Source: a virus (taxonomy: Duplodnaviria > Caudoviricetes). From it: a stretch of DNA of 29,018 nucleotides. A program made the translations under genes and the position numbers. The stretch lies in the IMG/VR virus record IMGVR_UViG_3300025889_000684, positions 1 through 29,018 of that record. One strand, written 5' to 3'. Below are positions 25,978 through 29,018 of the stretch, piece after piece; position 1 is the stretch's first letter; each line of letters opens with the position of its first letter. The notes below the pieces were generated by a model that made no database searches, had not been told where the DNA came from, and saw only the letters and a program-made list of their open reading frames with translations.

Positions 25978-28576
25978 TCGTAGTTTGATCAAATTTTAGA
26001 GAATCATTATCAAATTTTATGAAAGTTCCGCTAAATGTTTGATCTTTATTATAAGTTACTTGACACGGAAAAGTAAAGTTTGTTTTAACTTTTTGACCAT
26101 CTTCATTTGATGTCATTAAAAATATCCCCTTTTGGCCATTCAAAGATGAACGAGTCCCTGTAACTAAGATTTCATTTAATGTTTGAAATGTAATACCGCT
26201 TTTTCTATTACTAGTTCCAAATACTGTATTAGCAAATTTATTTATTGAACCAAATCTAGGTCCTGCATAAGCAAATCCTTGACGAATAAAAACATTATTA
26301 ATTGTTCTTCTGACCCTACTAACATAACTTATTCCTATTGGTTCTCTACTTAAAGTTAAATCTCTAGTAGTTGAACTAAATGGTGATAATGTACTTGTAT
26401 CAAAATCTGGATTACCTCCAATATGAGCATTGGCTCTTAATGATGTACCGTCATCTATAGTTCCTAGTCTTCTACCAAAAATTGTAGAGAATAATGTATT
26501 AAGAATATTAAATAATGGACTATCAATAGAACCACTAATTGCGCCAGTGATAGGAAATTTAATTTTTGCATCAACTCTATTAGTTATTTCTACTTGTCCT
26601 GAAAAATAAAAACCGGATGTGTGTATAGTTTTTTTGAAACTATCTCTCCAGTCGTTAATTGAACGACCTACTTTTATTACGTAAGAGAAATCCTGATAAT
26701 ATAAACTATCTTGTATTTTCATTGAAGTTTCAGAAACCCAACCATCTTGGTTTATAAAGCTACCATTTGTATCTACAACAGAGTCAATTGTAATTGTTGC
26801 TGTACTTAAATCATTTTTCTCAACAGTGGCAGTTGCACCACCACTTAAAGTTATTGTTGATTTTTCAGCAAATTGTCCAGATGAACTAGAAACTTTTAAT
26901 AAGCCTGATTCTGAAGAATAAGACACTACGTTAGCTGTAATTGCTGTAGAAGAAGTATCTATTCCTGATACCGTTTCATTTGCTAAGATAGAACCTGATA
27001 CATTTGAGATAAGTAAATAACTTGGTAATAACAATGTCGGAGGAGATGGTGACTGTTGATATTCAGCACCTGAATCAATAATCTTCAATCCTAACACACG
27101 ACCGATTTCTGTACCATAAGCATAAACTTCAGCATTAGAACCATTTGTATCATCTACTTCAATAGTTGGTAGAGATTTATAATTGTTACCAGCATTTATA
27201 ATTCTTATATCAGTAATATCACCTGAACCTGTTCCACTCTCTTGTACAATTTTATTTCCTGTATATGGGTCTCCTCTTGTAGTTTCATCTTCTAATACTA
27301 TGTGATCTTCAGTAGTTGATGTAGATGTTTCTTGTGTCAATCCACCATTCACAACTGATACTTTGGCTCTTGCTGATCCACCACCCGTTCCTGTGTTTGT
27401 AAAAACAATATCGTCTCCAATTACATATCCTGAACCAGAATTAGCAATAATAAATTCAGTAATACCTCCACGACCCACAGCGTCAACTTGTATAACTGCT
27501 CCTTGACCACCGCCAACAACTGATACAATATCACCCTCATTATATAAACTACCATCATTTAATAGTGTAGATACACTAGGAATACCAGTAACTGATGCTT
27601 TAATATAAATGTCCTCATTATCATTTTTTGTACCTCTAATAACTTCACTTATTTGAAAAGTACCTAATAATGTATCTTCATTTAAAATAAATTCCGTAAC
27701 TTGATTAGCACCATTTTGAAATTTAAATATATCTTCTACGATTGCAGTGGCTCCAGAAATTTCACCTTCAATTGTACGACCAATTAAATCTGATGTATCT
27801 CCAGAAAAAGCGATTGCTCTTAATATTTTATTTGTATCCCATTTACCATCAGATACTCTTAACATTTGTTCTCTAGGATAGATTGTTTCAGATTTTAATC
27901 CAAATAACAATCTAAAAAATAATTCGTGTCCTCTATTTGTACCTTTTGCTCTGTACAATGATTTTACATTTTTAATTAACTTTCTTTTATCAACACCATT
28001 ACTTAATGTTTCGGGTAAAGTATTTAAAAACTCATTTCTAAACTTTGTAAGAAAGTTAGATATTACTTTATCAGGATCTCTAAAATTTAATAGGTCTTGT
28101 ATATTTTGAACTGGATTAGGTTTGTAATTGTTAATAATCGCTGTAGCGTTTGAACTAGCACCAATCACTTGTTCACCATCTATAAACTTATCTTGCGCTG
28201 AAATAAAAAGTCTATTGTTATCTAAATCTTCGGCAAGTACAGTTGCTGTTGCGTTTGATGTTTGACCTGTAATAGTTTCACCTCTTGTAAACTTACCAAA
28301 GGCAGAACTTTCTAAAAGTATTTTATCACCCGCATCTAATTGTGTTCTATCTGTATCTAAACGAGAACCATCTAAAATTAATTCATTATTTTGAGCAGTT
28401 TCTGTTTCTAATTGAATACCATCTGTGGTTTGAACTGAAGTTACACCTAACTCCGCTGATTCCATAAACGTGTAATACGTTTTTAAGAACTCTAAAAATT
28501 TAGGGTGTTGTTCTAAAACAAATTCTGGAACCTGCTGATTAATCAGGTTTGATATTTTATCGGTGAACTTTGCCAT
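25973..28576 (-). CDS. gp7: Baseplate wedge initiator gp7
   Basis: QVPEFV..HPKFLEFLKTYY, LYRAKGT..FFRLLF, SDGKW, IQDSLYYQDFSYVIK..WRD...H.SG, C-terminal FD repeats; located between gp6 and gp8. Confidence 0.85.
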   Translation of the reverse strand: MAKFTDKISNLINQQVPEFVLEQHPKFLEFLKTYYTFMESAELGVTSVQTTDGIQLETETAQNNELILDGSRLDTDRTQLDAGDKILLESSAFGKFTRGETITGQTSNATATVLAEDLDNNRLFISAQDKFIDGEQVIGASSNATAIINNYKPNPVQNIQDLLNFRDPDKVISNFLTKFRNEFLNTLPETLSNGVDKRKLIKNVKSLYRAKGTNRGHELFFRLLFGLKSETIYPREQMLRVSDGKWDTNKILRAIAFSGDTSDLIGRTIEGEISGATAIVEDIFKFQNGANQVTEFILNEDTLLGTFQISEVIRGTKNDNEDIYIKASVTGIPSVSTLLNDGSLYNEGDIVSVVGGGQGAVIQVDAVGRGGITEFIIANSGSGYVIGDDIVFTNTGTGGGSARAKVSVVNGGLTQETSTSTTEDHIVLEDETTRGDPYTGNKIVQESGTGSGDITDIRIINAGNNYKSLPTIEVDDTNGSNAEVYAYGTEIGRVLGLKIIDSGAEYQQSPSPPTLLLPSYLLISNVSGSILANETVSGIDTSSTAITANVVSYSSESGLLKVSSSSGQFAEKSTITLSGGATATVEKNDLSTATITIDSVVDTNGSFINQDGWVSETSMKIQDSLYYQDFSYVIKVGRSINDWRDSFKKTIHTSGFYFSGQVEITNRVDAKIKFPITGAISGSIDSPLFNILNTLFSTIFGRRLGTIDDGTSLRANAHIGGNPDFDTSTLSPFSSTTRDLTLSREPIGISYVSRVRRTINNVFIRQGFAYAGPRFGSINKFANTVFGTSNRKSGITFQTLNEILVTGTRSSLNGQKGIFLMTSNEDGQKVKTNFTFPCQVTYNKDQTFSGTFIKFDNDSLKFDQTTI

Positions 28577-29018
28577 TAGTAGTTAGATGTTGTTGTATAA
28601 CCTATACCAGCATCAGCAGAGCCACCAACAAAGGTATCTGCCTCTACTGTGATTGATGAATTTGCTGTGTCTATGTCTAAAATCTGATCTCTTACTGGAA
28701 CAATGTCATAAGATGCTGGTTCAACAGTCACTTCAATAACAGTTGATGAAGCGCCTCGTATATTTTCTACTGACGCAACTGTTAAAGAGTTAATTGTAAT
28801 TTGACCTGTAGCGTAATTCACAGTTCCTTGAGTATTATTTACATATGTTCTAACCGAACCTACAAAATAATATCTTCTTATATTTCTATTTCCATCATCA
28901 TCAAGGAAATAAACATTTGTATCATTTGGAACTTTAAAACCTGATGTTGTGATTACACCACCTGTACCAGATTTATGACCTGCGTGTGGATTGTAAATAC
29001 CATTTCTAAAATAAATGT
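28576..29018 (-). CDS. gp6: Baseplate wedge subunit gp6, C-terminal part (5'-truncated by the window edge)
   Basis: The frame is open to the edge (IYFRNGIYNPH..ITTSGF..FLDDDG..GTVNYATGQI..VEPASYDIVPVRDQIL), so the 81-aa track ORF is an internal fragment. TAATG coupling to gp7. Confidence 0.85.
   Translation of the reverse strand, partial: IYFRNGIYNPHAGHKSGTGGVITTSGFKVPNDTNVYFLDDDGNRNIRRYYFVGSVRTYVNNTQGTVNYATGQITINSLTVASVENIRGASSTVIEVTVEPASYDIVPVRDQILDIDTANSSITVEADTFVGGSADAGIGYTTTSNY

Noticed and set aside
1-29018. CRISPR array, tRNA, diversity-generating retroelement, intron/intein, integrase or invertase, stop-codon reassignment
   Set aside because: No repeat-spacer array, cloverleaf, reverse transcriptase, recombinase or homing endonuclease motif was seen. 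Genes tile densely under the standard code, with TAA, TAG and TGA all used as stops.

Overview
This AT-rich window is from a T4-like marine myophage genome. Gene order and low GC resemble SAR11 pelagimyophages and cyanomyophages, but the host is inferred, not shown. The minus strand carries the late structural backbone: gp6 (partial), gp7, gp8, a 2087-aa VrlC/DUF4815-like protein, a small coiled-coil protein, a fibre protein, a 313-aa triple-repeat protein, a gp9-like protein, small virion proteins and a second fibre (partial). About 13 kb of tailoring enzymes are interleaved with these genes: 8 putative 2OG-Fe(II) dioxygenases, a sulfotransferase, 2 radical SAM enzymes (one split from its Twitch/SPASM-like domain), 3 glycosyltransferases, an NDP-sugar epimerase, a methyltransferase, a nitroreductase-like protein and a GNAT-like protein. 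Each enzyme operon lies behind a T4 gp55-type late promoter (TATAAATA or a one-mismatch variant). The two plus-strand cassettes start from palindromic bidirectional late promoters whose predicted +1 falls on the A of the start codon, implying leaderless mRNA. The best candidate for an undescribed system is a late-expressed, modular pathway that decorates virion proteins or surface glycans. All calls are from motif reading by eye; no searches were run. I saw no tRNA, CRISPR array or mobile element.
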